Below are positions 11,035 through 23,572 of a stretch of DNA of 64,000 bases, piece after piece. The stretch lies in assembly GCA_963662465.1 (NCBI GenBank), contig OY759599.1, forward strand, positions 5,312,001 through 5,376,000. Reading direction: 5' to 3'. The stretch's first letter is position 1, and the number at the start of each line of letters is the position of its first letter. The position numbers and the translations under genes are program-made. The notes beneath the pieces were generated by a model that searched no databases, was not told where the DNA came from, and saw only the letters and a program-made list of their open reading frames with translations. Source of the DNA: Desulfatiglandales bacterium (GTDB lineage: Bacteria > Desulfobacterota > DSM-4660 > Desulfatiglandales > Desulfatiglandaceae).

Positions 11035-11125
11035 GAACCGCGGAATATCGAACAAGGAATATCGAATTATGAAGTGTTCCAATCACTTCTACAGTTCTAC
11101 ATTCCTTGTTCGATATTCAATATTC
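11035..11125. repeat. heptamer-built palindromic repeat (AATATCG/AACAAGG family), copy 1
   Basis: GAACCGC-AATATCG AACAAGG AATATCG...ATTCCTTGTTCGATATT; related copies at 43711 and 45022. Confidence 0.8.
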
Positions 11126-11143
11126 GTTTTTAAAAATTCTAAA

Positions 11144-13207
11144 TCAAAAAGACTGCCCGATACTCACATAAATCTGGTAATCACTGTCCACGCCCTCTCG
11201 TTTTTTGAGAGGAACCGCCACATCCAGCCGAACAGGACCGATGGCAGTGTAATACCTGAGTCCCAAACCCGCGCCGTAAAGCATGTCCTGCTCGCCGAAA
11301 TCAGGAACCGTATCCAGGAATGCCGTTCCCGCATCCAGAAAGGGGACTACGCCGATGGACTCGGTGACCTTAAACCGCAGTTCCAGGGAAGTGGTTAGAA
11401 CGGATAGGCCCCCAAGTGGGGTATTTCCCTGCAACGGCCCAGCCATCTGATAACCATACCCTCGAATGGAACCGCCTCCCCCCGCATAGAATCGAAGGTC
11501 CGCCGGCATATTATCGTGATCGATGCCGAAAATCTGGCCGAATGCAGCGCGAAGCGCCACCACCACCCAGTCGCCGGTATTGAAATTATAATAGGTACTC
11601 CCCCCGAGAATGTAGCGGAAAAAGCGAATATCCCGATCATCGATATCCTGGTAAGGGGCCATTCCCAGGGAAAGATGGAACCCTTGAATGGGATTCAGGA
11701 TGTTTTTTCGTGTGTCCAGATCCGCGGTAAGAGGCACATAGAACAACTGGTAGGTATTGCGTTCATTATTGGCGTTTTCCTTGACCCGGGCCAGGTGAAA
11801 ACCCAACCCCCCGCCCGCGCTGAAGGTTTTGGTAAATTGCTGTTTAAGGATAGTCGTAACATCCCCTGAAGTGGAGTTGTAAGCGTCAGTGGTTTCATCA
11901 TTCAATGCAATCTGGGCAATAAAGGTGTTGTCCCGGTTCAAAAACATGGGTTTTTCAAAACGAAGGGCCGCGGTTCTGGTTTCGCCGTTCACAATAGCGC
12001 TGGCGGTTAATTTTTCGGCCATGCCGAAAAGGTTTCGATGGGTCCAGCTCGCATTAACGCCGGGGCCATAATCCGTTGTATACTCCAGGCCCAGGCGTAT
12101 GGTTCGGGGGGCGCGCTCCTTCAGTTCAACGGTCATGGGCAACCGGCCTTCGGCATTCACTGCTTCCGGTTTTTGAAACGCAACAACACCGAACAGATTG
12201 GTATCAAAAAGCGTTTGACGCGCCTTTTTGGTCAAACGAATGTCATAGGGTTCACCCTCTTTCCAGGGGATTAGGGCATCCACATATCGTGGCTCAAGGC
12301 GCGTTAAACCGCTCACCCGGGTGGCGCCGAAGCGTGCATAGGACCCCGGCAAAACCTGAAACAAGACATCCACCTGATTGGTTTTGAAATCAGCGATCAC
12401 CTCGCGCCGCGCGATTTTCGGAAAAGGATACCCGTTTTCCCGGTATCGGTTCAAGATAGCCTCCCCGGCCTTGACCACCAGGCTTGCGGCATAAGGGTCG
12501 CCGGCAACCAGTCCGACCTCAGCCGGCGTAGGGGGTGAAAGAACCTCCGAGGACGTGGGCGGCGCCAACACAATGCGTGGTTTAGAAAAAGTAAACCGAG
12601 GCCCCATATTCACTTCAAACCGCACGGTCGCCGGGCGCTTCGGCGAAGCCGGGATTAAGGCATCGCTTCCAGGATCATCCGCCCGGGGGGCGATTTGAAC
12701 ATCTGTTTCGGCAACATCCGCAATTTCCGGGGAATTCACCTGAAATTTTATCGTTCCTCGAAAATAGCCGAATGACCGCAGCACCTTTTGCATTTCCGGA
12801 AGATCACCCTCGCAGCGACGTTTGAGCATTGCCAGGCTCTTTGGCGGGTCATTTTCCTTTTGAACGGCTTGGGAGACTTCCCCGATCAGCTTCTGAATCG
12901 GACTGCTTTCCAACCCTTTTCCTATTATTTCAACATGATAGGGAACGCCGGTCCCCGCGGGTCCTGCCAGCGAGAACGCTGGAAACCCCAACAGCAACAT
13001 CAGGCACAAGACCCCTAAAAACGGACGACAGATGACGGACGACAAACGACGGACGATAGATGACGGACGACAAACCTCTGCCCTCTGTCCTCTGACTTCT
13101 GCCCTCTGCCCTCTGACCTCCGACCTCCGAACTCTGACCTCCGTCATCTGACCTCCGTCATCTGTCCCCGGATACTTTCGAAAGAAATGAATTGACATCA
13201 ACCCCAT
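11144..13207 (-). CDS. tamA: autotransporter assembly factor TamA (Omp85 family); start uncertain
   Basis: RFYAGGGGSIRGYGY and YYTAIGPVRLD motifs, C-terminal SIGQSF. Confidence 0.9.
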   Translation of the reverse strand: MGLMSIHFFRKYPGTDDGGQMTEVRVRRSEVRGQRAEVRGQRAEVCRPSSIVRRLSSVICRPFLGVLCLMLLLGFPAFSLAGPAGTGVPYHVEIIGKGLESSPIQKLIGEVSQAVQKENDPPKSLAMLKRRCEGDLPEMQKVLRSFGYFRGTIKFQVNSPEIADVAETDVQIAPRADDPGSDALIPASPKRPATVRFEVNMGPRFTFSKPRIVLAPPTSSEVLSPPTPAEVGLVAGDPYAASLVVKAGEAILNRYRENGYPFPKIARREVIADFKTNQVDVLFQVLPGSYARFGATRVSGLTRLEPRYVDALIPWKEGEPYDIRLTKKARQTLFDTNLFGVVAFQKPEAVNAEGRLPMTVELKERAPRTIRLGLEYTTDYGPGVNASWTHRNLFGMAEKLTASAIVNGETRTAALRFEKPMFLNRDNTFIAQIALNDETTDAYNSTSGDVTTILKQQFTKTFSAGGGLGFHLARVKENANNERNTYQLFYVPLTADLDTRKNILNPIQGFHLSLGMAPYQDIDDRDIRFFRYILGGSTYYNFNTGDWVVVALRAAFGQIFGIDHDNMPADLRFYAGGGGSIRGYGYQMAGPLQGNTPLGGLSVLTTSLELRFKVTESIGVVPFLDAGTAFLDTVPDFGEQDMLYGAGLGLRYYTAIGPVRLDVAVPLKKREGVDSDYQIYVSIGQSF
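13021..13166. repeat. heptamer tandem/inverted repeats (CAGAGGT, CAGATGA, CGGACGA) at the 5' end of tamA
   Basis: Period-7 units in two oppositely oriented arrays; translate as EVRGQR repeats. Confidence 0.8.
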
Positions 13208-15686
13208 CGAAACCGACCCTCACGGTAACCGCCCCAAACCCGGAAATACAAATGGTTTTGCACCCTATTCGATCGAGTCGCGCTAAGACCTCGGGGTGTG
13301 GAAAACGACCGAAGCGATCCTCACCCGAAGAAATAACGCATAATCGGGGGGTCACCATTTCAAGAAAGGCCTCGGAACTGGAAGTCCGGCTTCCATGGTG
13401 GGGCGAAAGCAGAATATCGCTCTTGATGCGGGCGCCGGCACAGGCCAGCAAACTCTTTTCTCCGGGTTCTTCCAGGTCGCCGGGAAACAAAATGGATACC
13501 CCGCAAAAAGATATTCTAAGGACCATTGAACGATTATTCAATCTTTTTCCATCCCACAACGTCCGTACGGGCGAATGATCATTCCCCCCTTCCTCGGGTT
13601 CAGGATAAAGCACTTCGATTTGCGCACCATTAATCCAAATCTTTTCCTGAAGCTGTAAAGGAAGCTTTTTCAAGACGCCTCGTTTTTCCAAAATGGCCAT
13701 CAGGTCCTTGTAGCTTTGGGTTTTCACCTGGTCCCCGTTGGACCAGAATTCTTTCGGATGAAACGCCTCGGCAATGAAACGAAGACCATTCATATGATCG
13801 GCCTGGGGATGGCTCAATACCAGGTAATCGATGGTGCGGATCTTTCTGCGCCACAAATAAGGCGCAAGCACCATTTTGCCCATATCAAAATGACCACTAG
13901 GAAATCCCCCACCGTCAATCATCATTTTTTTTCCATTCGGGAAGGAAATAAGCGCCGCATTCCCTTTTCCCACATCCAGAAAAACCACTTCCAGATCCCG
14001 ATTGAACCAAACGCGATGGACCCAGAAGGCCACATCCATCATGATAAAAAGCAAAACCGCGGCCAACCCGAATTTCGCCCATCTCAAACGCCCGGCAAAA
14101 AATGCAAAAAAAGTGAAGGCGTAAAACAAGGCGATTTCAAAAAGGTTCGGCGTAACGGTCCAGATAGACGCCCAGGAAAGATTGGACCAGAACCTTATGA
14201 TGTCCATCATAATGTTCAGGCCAACAGCGCCGACATGAAGGAAAATCCCCGCCATCTCCACTGACAGGGGCAACGCCAAAACCGACAGAAGACCGAAAGG
14301 GAGGACCCACAGACCCAAAATCGGGATAGTGGTGAGGTTGGCCGGGATGGAGACCAGGGGAATACGATGAAAGTAGAAAGCGGTAATGGGCAGCAGAAAG
14401 TAAAGAGCGGACACGCTTACGGCCGCAAGGCCCATGAAATAAGTCAAAACAGACCTGAAGGGAACTTTTTTTTCGGATAAAGCAAATTTTCCATGACCCA
14501 TCTTGCTCAGAACGGCCGGCGTCAACCACAAAATGCCGATGACCGCTAAAAATGAAAGTTGAAAGGAGGGGGTGAAAATGGCCCCTGGATCCAGGAACAA
14601 AATCACCAGACCGGCAAGGGCAAGGGTAGACCAGATCTCTTTTTCCTTTCCCAGGATGAGGGATATCAAATACGCCAGGACCATGATCATGGCCCGCTGC
14701 GCCGAAACCTGCCCTCCCGCAAGGACGGTGTATCCAATCACGGGAAAACAGGTGAAAAAGGCGCACCATTTTCGAACATCCGTTAGGAGCAGCAACCGGT
14801 ATGAACGGGAAAGCCCGAATTTGAAAAGAAAAAAAGCGGCCCAGGCCACCAGTCCGATGTGCAATCCCGAGACGGCCAACAGGTGCCCCAGTCCCGATCG
14901 GTTAAAGATTTCTCGCAGGGATGGGTCAACCCCCTGTCGCTCTCCCAGTATCAGTGCCCGAAAAAGAGCCGCGTCAGGGTGATCGAGGGACGTCTCAAAA
15001 AACACTCTCACCGGCGCCTGCAGACGCTCAATCCACCCCCGCCAAAAGGGAAGCGCCCCCGGCCCCATGGGAACCATGCGCCGTCCGTCGCTCACGGCGG
15101 CGGCACATGTGAACCCTTTTAAGGCCATGGCTTTTTCGTAGTCGTAATGACCGGGATTTCGAAAACTTCTAAAGGTTTTCAACCGGGCGGGAAAACGAAT
15201 TTTTTCCCCGGGACAAAATGGCGTTGCGTTTCGATATACCGTGACAAGGATCTTTTCGTTGACGGGAAACATTTGATTTCCCCTAACAAGACCTTGCGCC
15301 AGCACTTTCATTCTCGCTTTGCCCGGAAAGCGTTTTTGGGGCGGTTCGAGGAGAACCCCCTGGAGGATGACGTTCCGGTGATCCATGGCCAGGGGCCGCA
15401 GTTGGGATGACAGGCGCTTTTCCGGGGCCAACAAGGCACCGGTCAGAAAAAAAACCGCCAGCAAAAGATAAGCTCGTGAACGTCCCGAATGAAAAAGAGC
15501 CGCCAGAAGGCAGAGGGAAATGACCAGCAGTATGGGCAACCCAAAGGCATGACCAGCGGGGAAAACGGGGTATGCCGTGAGAATGCCCCCGGCAAATGAA
15601 ACCAGGCAGGGAATTAAAGGGCGATTAAACAGCCGGTCCTTTTTCTCGCCGGATTTTGGCGCCCAGCCCCCTGAATTTGTCTTCAA
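13158..15686 (-). CDS. comEC: DNA internalization competence protein ComEC/Rec2; start uncertain
   Basis: [14 protein letters not shown], metallo-beta-lactamase SHPQADH and PHHGS motifs. Confidence 0.93.
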   Translation of the reverse strand: MKTNSGGWAPKSGEKKDRLFNRPLIPCLVSFAGGILTAYPVFPAGHAFGLPILLVISLCLLAALFHSGRSRAYLLLAVFFLTGALLAPEKRLSSQLRPLAMDHRNVILQGVLLEPPQKRFPGKARMKVLAQGLVRGNQMFPVNEKILVTVYRNATPFCPGEKIRFPARLKTFRSFRNPGHYDYEKAMALKGFTCAAAVSDGRRMVPMGPGALPFWRGWIERLQAPVRVFFETSLDHPDAALFRALILGERQGVDPSLREIFNRSGLGHLLAVSGLHIGLVAWAAFFLFKFGLSRSYRLLLLTDVRKWCAFFTCFPVIGYTVLAGGQVSAQRAMIMVLAYLISLILGKEKEIWSTLALAGLVILFLDPGAIFTPSFQLSFLAVIGILWLTPAVLSKMGHGKFALSEKKVPFRSVLTYFMGLAAVSVSALYFLLPITAFYFHRIPLVSIPANLTTIPILGLWVLPFGLLSVLALPLSVEMAGIFLHVGAVGLNIMMDIIRFWSNLSWASIWTVTPNLFEIALFYAFTFFAFFAGRLRWAKFGLAAVLLFIMMDVAFWVHRVWFNRDLEVVFLDVGKGNAALISFPNGKKMMIDGGGFPSGHFDMGKMVLAPYLWRRKIRTIDYLVLSHPQADHMNGLRFIAEAFHPKEFWSNGDQVKTQSYKDLMAILEKRGVLKKLPLQLQEKIWINGAQIEVLYPEPEEGGNDHSPVRTLWDGKRLNNRSMVLRISFCGVSILFPGDLEEPGEKSLLACAGARIKSDILLSPHHGSRTSSSEAFLEMVTPRLCVISSGEDRFGRFPHPEVLARLDRIGCKTICISGFGAVTVRVGFDGVDVNSFLSKVSGDR

Positions 15687-16890
15687 TGGCCTCGTATCCC
15701 CTGTCCAAATGATAGATCCGATGCACTTCCGTGAGCCCTCCTTCCGCTACCAGCCCCGCCAGAATAAGGGATGCACTGGCCCTCAGATCCGTTGCCATGA
15801 CCGGCGCCGAGAGCAGTCTTTCCCGGCCCTTTACCAGGGCCTGGTTTCCGTTGATTTCAATGTCGGCGCCGAGACGTCTGAGCTCGCTCACATGGATAAA
15901 CCGGTTTTCAAATACCGTTTCCCTGAACATGCTCCATCCCTTGGCCACGCTCATGAGCGCCATGAACTGGGCCTGAAGATCCGTGGCAAACCCTGGAAAG
16001 GGCATGGTTTTGATATCGACGCTTTCAATAGACTCGGGGCCTCGAACACGAATGGCCCCATCCTCTTGGGTAATCACAGCGCCGGTCTGCCGGAGCTTGT
16101 CCGTCAGCGCCGTGAGATGTTCGGGTCTGCATCCGTTGATATGAACATCCCCGCCGGTCATTGCCGCCGCAATCATAAAAGTGCCCGCTTCAATTCTGTC
16201 GGGAATAATGGCGTGTTCGCAAGGATTGAGATGAGCCACCCCATGAATCACGATGGTGTCGGTCCCGGCGCCCTCGATGTCAGCGCCCATGGCGCACAGC
16301 ATTTGCGCCAAATCTTTGATTTCCGGCTCATTGGCGGCATTGCGCAGCGTCGTGGTTCCTTCAGCGGTAACAGCCGCCATCAAGATGTTTTCCGTGCCGG
16401 TTACGGTGGGAATATCGAAAAAAATGTCGGCGCCGGTGAGGCGTTTTGCCCGGGCGTTGATGTAGCCATGTTCCAGATGGATGTCCGCTCCCATGGAAAC
16501 CAGGGCCTTCAAATGCAGATTCACGGGACGCGCGCCGATGGCGCAGCCGCCGGGAAGGGATATCTTAGCCCTTCCCAGGCGCGCAAGCAGTGGACCCAAC
16601 AGGAGAATCGATGCCCGCATGGTCTTGACCAACTCATAGGGCGCTTCATGGGCGGTAAGGTTGTCGGAATTAACATCCAGAACATCTCCGGTTTCCCTGA
16701 AAACCGTTCCCAGTTTTTCCATGATGCATTTGATGGTGCGGATGTCCCTGAGATGGGGCATTCCGCGAAGACGATGCCGGCCCCCGGTCAAAAGACACGC
16801 CGCAATGGCGGGAAGCGCCGCGTTTTTAGCGCCGCTGATGTTGACAACCCCTTTTAGGGGATAACCGCCTTCGATGACAATTTTATCCAT
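15625..16890 (-). CDS. murA: UDP-N-acetylglucosamine 1-carboxyvinyltransferase
   Basis: [28 protein letters not shown] and DRGY motifs. Confidence 0.97.
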   Translation of the reverse strand: MDKIVIEGGYPLKGVVNISGAKNAALPAIAACLLTGGRHRLRGMPHLRDIRTIKCIMEKLGTVFRETGDVLDVNSDNLTAHEAPYELVKTMRASILLLGPLLARLGRAKISLPGGCAIGARPVNLHLKALVSMGADIHLEHGYINARAKRLTGADIFFDIPTVTGTENILMAAVTAEGTTTLRNAANEPEIKDLAQMLCAMGADIEGAGTDTIVIHGVAHLNPCEHAIIPDRIEAGTFMIAAAMTGGDVHINGCRPEHLTALTDKLRQTGAVITQEDGAIRVRGPESIESVDIKTMPFPGFATDLQAQFMALMSVAKGWSMFRETVFENRFIHVSELRRLGADIEINGNQALVKGRERLLSAPVMATDLRASASLILAGLVAEGGLTEVHRIYHLDRGYEAIEDKFRGLGAKIRREKGPAV

Positions 16891-16902
16891 TATGTTTCCG
16901 TT

Positions 16903-16965
16903 ATCCAACGTTAAGCTAACCGGAACTCTTTTGCGTCCGAGTTCAACACCTAGCCCTGTTTATTG
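16903..16965 (-). other. degenerate attC-like site downstream of vapC
   Basis: Minus strand ends ...TTGAACTCGGACGC...CCGGTTAGCTTAAC-GTTGGAT (GTTRRRY); 5' R'' box degenerate. Confidence 0.35.
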
Positions 16966-17384
16966 CGGTTTTTCTTTTTTTTGTAAGGCAATTTCAATTG
17001 TTCAATTTCATCTTCGACATCTTCAAATTCAGGGTCTTTATGAACCAATATAGCATTTTTATATTTTGCCAATCCAGCGATACAACAATCTGCGAAGGAC
17101 ATAGACTTGGAAGCCTTAAAATTTCCTATTATTTTAACAAGATGACTTGTCAAAGATTCCTGCATAACTGGAATATTTTCAAGAAGATCAAGACGTTCTT
17201 CGGCAATGTCTTTACCTTGCTCACGTAAAGAAATATAATAAAGCTCAATTAGCGAAACAGTTGAAATGAAAATTTTATTTTCGTATTCAAGTGATTTTTT
17301 TAAAAGATTTTCAACTATTTCTATACCTTCTTCATTTTCTATAAATGTTAAAAGAGCTGATGTGTCAAAAACATATTCTTTCAT
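16950..17384 (-). CDS. vapC: PIN domain (VapC-type) toxin
   Basis: [17 protein letters not shown] and HKDPEF PIN motifs; AT-rich. Confidence 0.9.
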   Translation of the reverse strand: MKEYVFDTSALLTFIENEEGIEIVENLLKKSLEYENKIFISTVSLIELYYISLREQGKDIAEERLDLLENIPVMQESLTSHLVKIIGNFKASKSMSFADCCIAGLAKYKNAILVHKDPEFEDVEDEIEQLKLPYKKKKNRNKQG

Positions 17385-17608
17385 TTCAGATTATCTTCCT
17401 CACGTTCTTTTAGAAGGACATTAATGAGATTTCCATTCCCTGAGTTTTTGAGTTTCCGCATAGCATCAAAAGCTTTTTTTCGTCTGAGAATTTCAATTCC
17501 TGAGTTTTCATCCTCAAAAGTTAATGTCAAACGTGTTTCCAAAGGTAATTTCATATGATTTATAAGTGTCTGTAACTCTGATAAAGTTACATTTATTGCT
17601 GCTGGCAT
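17381..17608 (-). CDS. putative antitoxin of the PIN toxin
   Basis: 75 aa; 4-nt overlap with the toxin start; TA arrangement. Confidence 0.7.
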   Translation of the reverse strand: MPAAINVTLSELQTLINHMKLPLETRLTLTFEDENSGIEILRRKKAFDAMRKLKNSGNGNLINVLLKEREEDNLK

Positions 17609-17640
17609 AATATTATCCTTTCTGTTTTTTTGAACTTATT

Positions 17641-17742
17641 AACCAGCTTCGTACGCCGGTTACCCGGTTTGCACGTGGACTTTACGACCGAACTGGCAGT
17701 TAACCTTTGCTCGGGCGGGACTTTCGCACTTTGCAATCACCC
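17641..17742 (-). mobile_element. group II intron domain I remnant (putative)
   Basis: Minus strand GGGTG..GAAAGTCCCGCCCGAGCAAAGGTTA..CCAG..CGGTCGTAAAGTCCACGTGC...CGTACGAAGCTGG resembles the 5' region of bacterial group II introns; no RT ORF or domain V. Confidence 0.5.
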
Positions 17743-17904
17743 AACAGAATATATCGGTTTTGAGGGATGAATCTGTTTAAAATTTAGAGCGCTGTCAAAA
17801 GGATTTTTCTGCCAGACTTTGTAGGCTTCCGTTGCCTGTCTCCGTATTTCTTTCGGAAGAGACCGGAAAGCCTTTCTGAAACTCGGAAGAATGCAGGAAA
17901 TCAT
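17737..17904 (-). pseudogene. truncated ParE/RelE-like toxin
   Basis: MISCILPSFRKAFRSLPKEIRRQATEAYKVWQKNPFDSALNFKQIHPSKPIYSVG*; stops where the intron-like DNA begins. Confidence 0.75.
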
Positions 17905-18149
17905 ATTTCATCCCATCCGGTCTGTTCCGCTTTGCCTTCCCTGACTTCTTTGAGAGCCTTGTTTGCCATCATCTCAAGGACATCCTGAGACTCTGAAAAA
18001 GATTTATGCCACTTCATCTCATCTCTGACTATTTCAATAAAATCAGGCATTTTCATTTCCAGAATCCAGTGGCTTGCCAGCACTTCCTGGTCTTCTTCGG
18101 AAAATTCGGATACTGTTTTTAAAACTTCTTCCCAAATTTCTATCATCAT
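17901..18149 (-). CDS. putative antitoxin of the ParE-like toxin
   Basis: Acidic 82 aa (DEMKWHKSFSESQDVLEMMA..GWDEI); ATGA overlap with the toxin. Confidence 0.7.
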   Translation of the reverse strand: MMIEIWEEVLKTVSEFSEEDQEVLASHWILEMKMPDFIEIVRDEMKWHKSFSESQDVLEMMANKALKEVREGKAEQTGWDEI

Positions 18150-18205
18150 TCTTTTCTTTCATTAGGCATGCTTTGCCGGGAAAAATATAACAGTGAACAG
18201 CTTAA

Positions 18206-19135
18206 CTACTCCTTCAGCCGAATAAACTGTTTCGCCTCAAAAGGCCCTCCACTGAGCGGTTCCGCCAGGGAATGCTTTTCCATGACCGATGTCGTTTTGA
18301 TTTCCCCAACCGTCTCCCCCAACAGATGGATGACCCTGCCGGTGCCGGAGGTCATGGATTCCCCCACGGAAAACACTTTGAAAACCGCCTCGTCTTTCAG
18401 CCCCACCTCCTTGCCCGCATTGATCATGATGGTATCCCCGTCCACCGCCAGGACCTTTCCGGTCCAGGGCTCGTCGCTGACTTTGAAATCCATGGTCGAT
18501 CCCAAGTCATTGATGAGGCCGGGCAGCGCCTCAAGGGTAATCTGTCGAATATAGGTTTCCTGATTCTGCTGCTCGCTTTCCTCCAGTGTCATGGCATATT
18601 CTTTCAGTGCAATGTCACTATAGATGAGGGTTTTACTGGCCGTATCAATAACATTGATCGCCGCGGAAACCGTGTAAAACCTTCGCCAACTGTCAAAGGG
18701 CCAGAAACCGGTTTTGTGAACAACCATTTCCACCGGGTCCAGGACCCCTATAATCAGCGCATTCATGCCCATGTCCGCGGCAATGTCAACGAGTTTCGAA
18801 CTAGTAACCACCCCGAATTGTGGGGATTCCATGGCCTGTGTAGAAAAAACGCCGTCGGGGGGATCATAGAGGAGAAGGTTGGGGGTTTCTTTCAGGTGTT
18901 GGTAGAATTCACTGCCCAGCTTCTTTGTCATTTCAGACCCGACACCGGCCTGGTCCACAAAAGGAAAAATCATGACACGCTTTTTGAGATCCGCCTCGTT
19001 GGTCATGATCCTCTTGGCTACCGAGGTGGGCAGAACTTTCTTGGTCAGATCCTTAGTGGTGCCGCACCCCGCTGCCCCAAACAGCAAGGAGAGCCATAAT
19101 ACGCATACGGTTCCGGTGAAACGCTTATTTAACAC
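18206..19135 (-). CDS. lipoprotein, CsgG/FlgT-like
   Basis: Lipobox AAGC; LKKRVMIFPF; C-terminal INAGKEVGL motif. Confidence 0.65.
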   Translation of the reverse strand: MLNKRFTGTVCVLWLSLLFGAAGCGTTKDLTKKVLPTSVAKRIMTNEADLKKRVMIFPFVDQAGVGSEMTKKLGSEFYQHLKETPNLLLYDPPDGVFSTQAMESPQFGVVTSSKLVDIAADMGMNALIIGVLDPVEMVVHKTGFWPFDSWRRFYTVSAAINVIDTASKTLIYSDIALKEYAMTLEESEQQNQETYIRQITLEALPGLINDLGSTMDFKVSDEPWTGKVLAVDGDTIMINAGKEVGLKDEAVFKVFSVGESMTSGTGRVIHLLGETVGEIKTTSVMEKHSLAEPLSGGPFEAKQFIRLKE

Positions 19136-19152
19136 TGCTTTCCTCCTAATAT

Positions 19153-19230
19153 GTTTTAAGTTTTAAGCAACCTAAAACTTAAAATCGGGATTACTTAAAA
19201 CTTAAAACGTAAAACGTAAAACTTAAAACT
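19153..19230. repeat. heptamer repeats TTTTAAG / CTTAAAA
   Basis: Tandem TAAAACT/TAAAACG units with an inverted GTTTTAAG pair; intergenic. Confidence 0.75.
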
Positions 19231-19233
19231 ATC

Positions 19234-19509
19234 CTAAAGGATATCAAAGGAGCCAAACTCCCCCTGCCATGTTTCGTCTGTTTCATAGACGTTCAGGACA
19301 TGTGCGGCGGAAGGACCTTTTCGGCACCAAGCCACCAGCCTCGAAACCGCTTCATCAGTGCCTTCCAGCAAGGCTTCCACCGTTTTATCCGGACGATTTT
19401 TTACCCAGCCTGAAACCCCCATGGAAACCGCCTGGCGACGGGTGGATTCCCTGAACCACACGCCTTGAACCCGGCCTTCGATGATCAAATGCTTGCGTAT
19501 ATTCTCCAA
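19234..19509 (-). CDS. acyP: acylphosphatase
   Basis: GRVQGVWFR and GWVKN motifs; probable TTG start at 19509. Confidence 0.93.
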   Translation of the reverse strand: MENIRKHLIIEGRVQGVWFRESTRRQAVSMGVSGWVKNRPDKTVEALLEGTDEAVSRLVAWCRKGPSAAHVLNVYETDETWQGEFGSFDIL

Positions 19510-19513
19510 AATG

Positions 19514-21532
<2,019 letters not shown>

Positions 21533-22579
21533 TTAAAAATCCATCCTTGCCTTAACCGCCTTGACCAGACCGAAGCAGCCGGTGAGCATCATATCGCCGA
21601 AGGGCGCCGCCATGTGTCCGCCCAAAGATGCAAATTTTTCCCTGTTGGGACCCGTGATCCCCACATGACCGAAGGGACTCTCCTGTTTGGCGCCGGGCAT
21701 TACATGGCAGCCGTGGCCCATTTCATCCAGTATTTCCTGATTCGGCAAGTCCTCATGCCTGAACCGTTCCAAATGCACCGCCAGTTTATCGGGCGTCATC
21801 AGGGACGTATGATGTTCATAGACGCCCCATACCGTTTCGTTTTTCACCAGGGCCGCCAGGATATGTTCATTTCCGATATTCAGGATAGTGACCCCTTCCC
21901 GACTTTTTTCCGCCACAAAGGGGTCTTCAAGAGCGCCCAGAATGGCGGAAGCGCCGGTATCCATCAGCAGGGTTCCGGGGGCGATGTCGCTTACGGCTTT
22001 CATTCGCGTCAAGTGATCGGGCGGCGTTTCGTATAAAAGCGATGTCAAATTTTTTCCCGATGCCAGAAGCTTTTTCCATTGTTCGAACCTGAACACCCGA
22101 TTGCTCATGTTCGGCGAAAAACCGTGGTCCTGAACGGCTACGGCAACGGTATCGGGCATGGGCTCATGAAACAGCGCCAATGCCCCGGCAATAGCGGACA
22201 AGTTAAGATCTCCCATTTCCAGCTGGGTCAACGGCGCCGCAGACGGTTTTCGGTCCACGATTTCAATGCCCATGGCCCCCACTTTTTCAATTTTATCGTG
22301 GAAGGTCAGCGCGGGTTGTGCCAGGGCAAAAACCCTGAAACCAGCCGAAATATGTTTCCGAACGGCTTTTGAAGAGGCGCCTCCGCCCATGGTATGGCCG
22401 GTCAAAAAAAGGTGACGCCCCCTTTGCGTGGCCTCTGCTATTCGTCGTCCGATGATGGTAGTGGCCGAGGGAAGGATCAGTTTGGGACAATTTTCTATTC
22501 GCTGTTCCGGACGCCATACCAGGATGTCCTGGGTGCCGCTGCCCACATCTATGGCAAGAATTCCATTTTTGAGGTTCAT
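21533..22579 (-). CDS. DUF1786 family protein
   Basis: ILAIDVGSGTQD, AVQDHG, YEHHT and MLTGCFGL motifs. Confidence 0.8.
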   Translation of the reverse strand: MNLKNGILAIDVGSGTQDILVWRPEQRIENCPKLILPSATTIIGRRIAEATQRGRHLFLTGHTMGGGASSKAVRKHISAGFRVFALAQPALTFHDKIEKVGAMGIEIVDRKPSAAPLTQLEMGDLNLSAIAGALALFHEPMPDTVAVAVQDHGFSPNMSNRVFRFEQWKKLLASGKNLTSLLYETPPDHLTRMKAVSDIAPGTLLMDTGASAILGALEDPFVAEKSREGVTILNIGNEHILAALVKNETVWGVYEHHTSLMTPDKLAVHLERFRHEDLPNQEILDEMGHGCHVMPGAKQESPFGHVGITGPNREKFASLGGHMAAPFGDMMLTGCFGLVKAVKARMDF

Positions 22580-23352
22580 TTCATTTCTCCATGCAATGTT
22601 TCAGTATCCGCCAGACTTTTGTGGACTCCCAGCAAAAGCTCGGCCGCCCACCGGCTTCTCTTTTTTAACCGCTGATTGGAAAACCCGGGCCGCCATTTCA
22701 ACTCAAAAAGCTCGTCCGAAACCACCAGGAGGGCTGCCAGTTGGACCGAACGATATGAAGACACGGTCATAAGGGCTGACATTTCCATCTCCACGGCCAG
22801 GATGTCCTGTTGTTGATAGGCCCTCACTTTTTCCGGCGTTTCTCGATATACGGCATCCGTAGTCCAAATGGCCCCTTTTGTAAAGGGGGCCTCTTTTTCT
22901 TTAAGGGCGCTTTCCAGAATTTGATTAAGCCATGGATCGGATGAGGGTTTTTGTGAAGGCAAAGGATAATGTTGGGATGTGCCCTCCTCCGAAACGGCAT
23001 GGGTTGGGATCACCAGGTCGCCGATTTTAAGTGAGGGCGCAAGAGAACCGCACCAGCCCAGCACCAGTACCCTTTCAGCGCCCAGGGCAATCAGTTTCTC
23101 CAACCCCATCACCGCATGGGGCGCGCCGAGAAAAGGCCCTGCCAGGGCAACGGGGGTTTTGCGCACTCCCGGTTCACGGTACAAATCATAAAGGCGCATA
23201 TCGCTGAAAACCGTTTTTTCGGCGCCCGCCAGTCGGGCCAGGCATTTCAACTCAGAAGGCATCATCACCATGAGGACATCCGGCGCCAACTGCGGATCAC
23301 GTTTCCCCTTCACCGGACGGATAATTCCCTCATTGTGCATCTTCTCACCCAT
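22576..23352 (-). CDS. nucleoside phosphorylase (PNP/UDP family)
   Basis: GWCGSL, EEGTSQHY, WTTDAVYRET and VEMEMSA motifs. Confidence 0.88.
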   Translation of the reverse strand: MGEKMHNEGIIRPVKGKRDPQLAPDVLMVMMPSELKCLARLAGAEKTVFSDMRLYDLYREPGVRKTPVALAGPFLGAPHAVMGLEKLIALGAERVLVLGWCGSLAPSLKIGDLVIPTHAVSEEGTSQHYPLPSQKPSSDPWLNQILESALKEKEAPFTKGAIWTTDAVYRETPEKVRAYQQQDILAVEMEMSALMTVSSYRSVQLAALLVVSDELFELKWRPGFSNQRLKKRSRWAAELLLGVHKSLADTETLHGEMK

Positions 23353-23572
23353 ATCATTTTCTCACTTAAAAAAAACCCGGATCGAAATAATATGACATTT
23401 CCGCCGGATCCGTGTATGGTGTTCATTCGTGCGCCATATTAAAGGGTATGGATTTCATTGGCAACCTCAAAATGGTTCGTTTTTCTTTTCAAGTCCGTTT
23501 CGTTTCTTGTTGACATTTGCACCATCATAAAGTAATCCTGAGTGTTTACAAAATCCGAGGGTTATTAACGAC

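Noticed and set aside
13021..13166. Repeat arrays as a CRISPR
   Set aside because: Short tandem heptamers without unique spacers; no cas genes in the window
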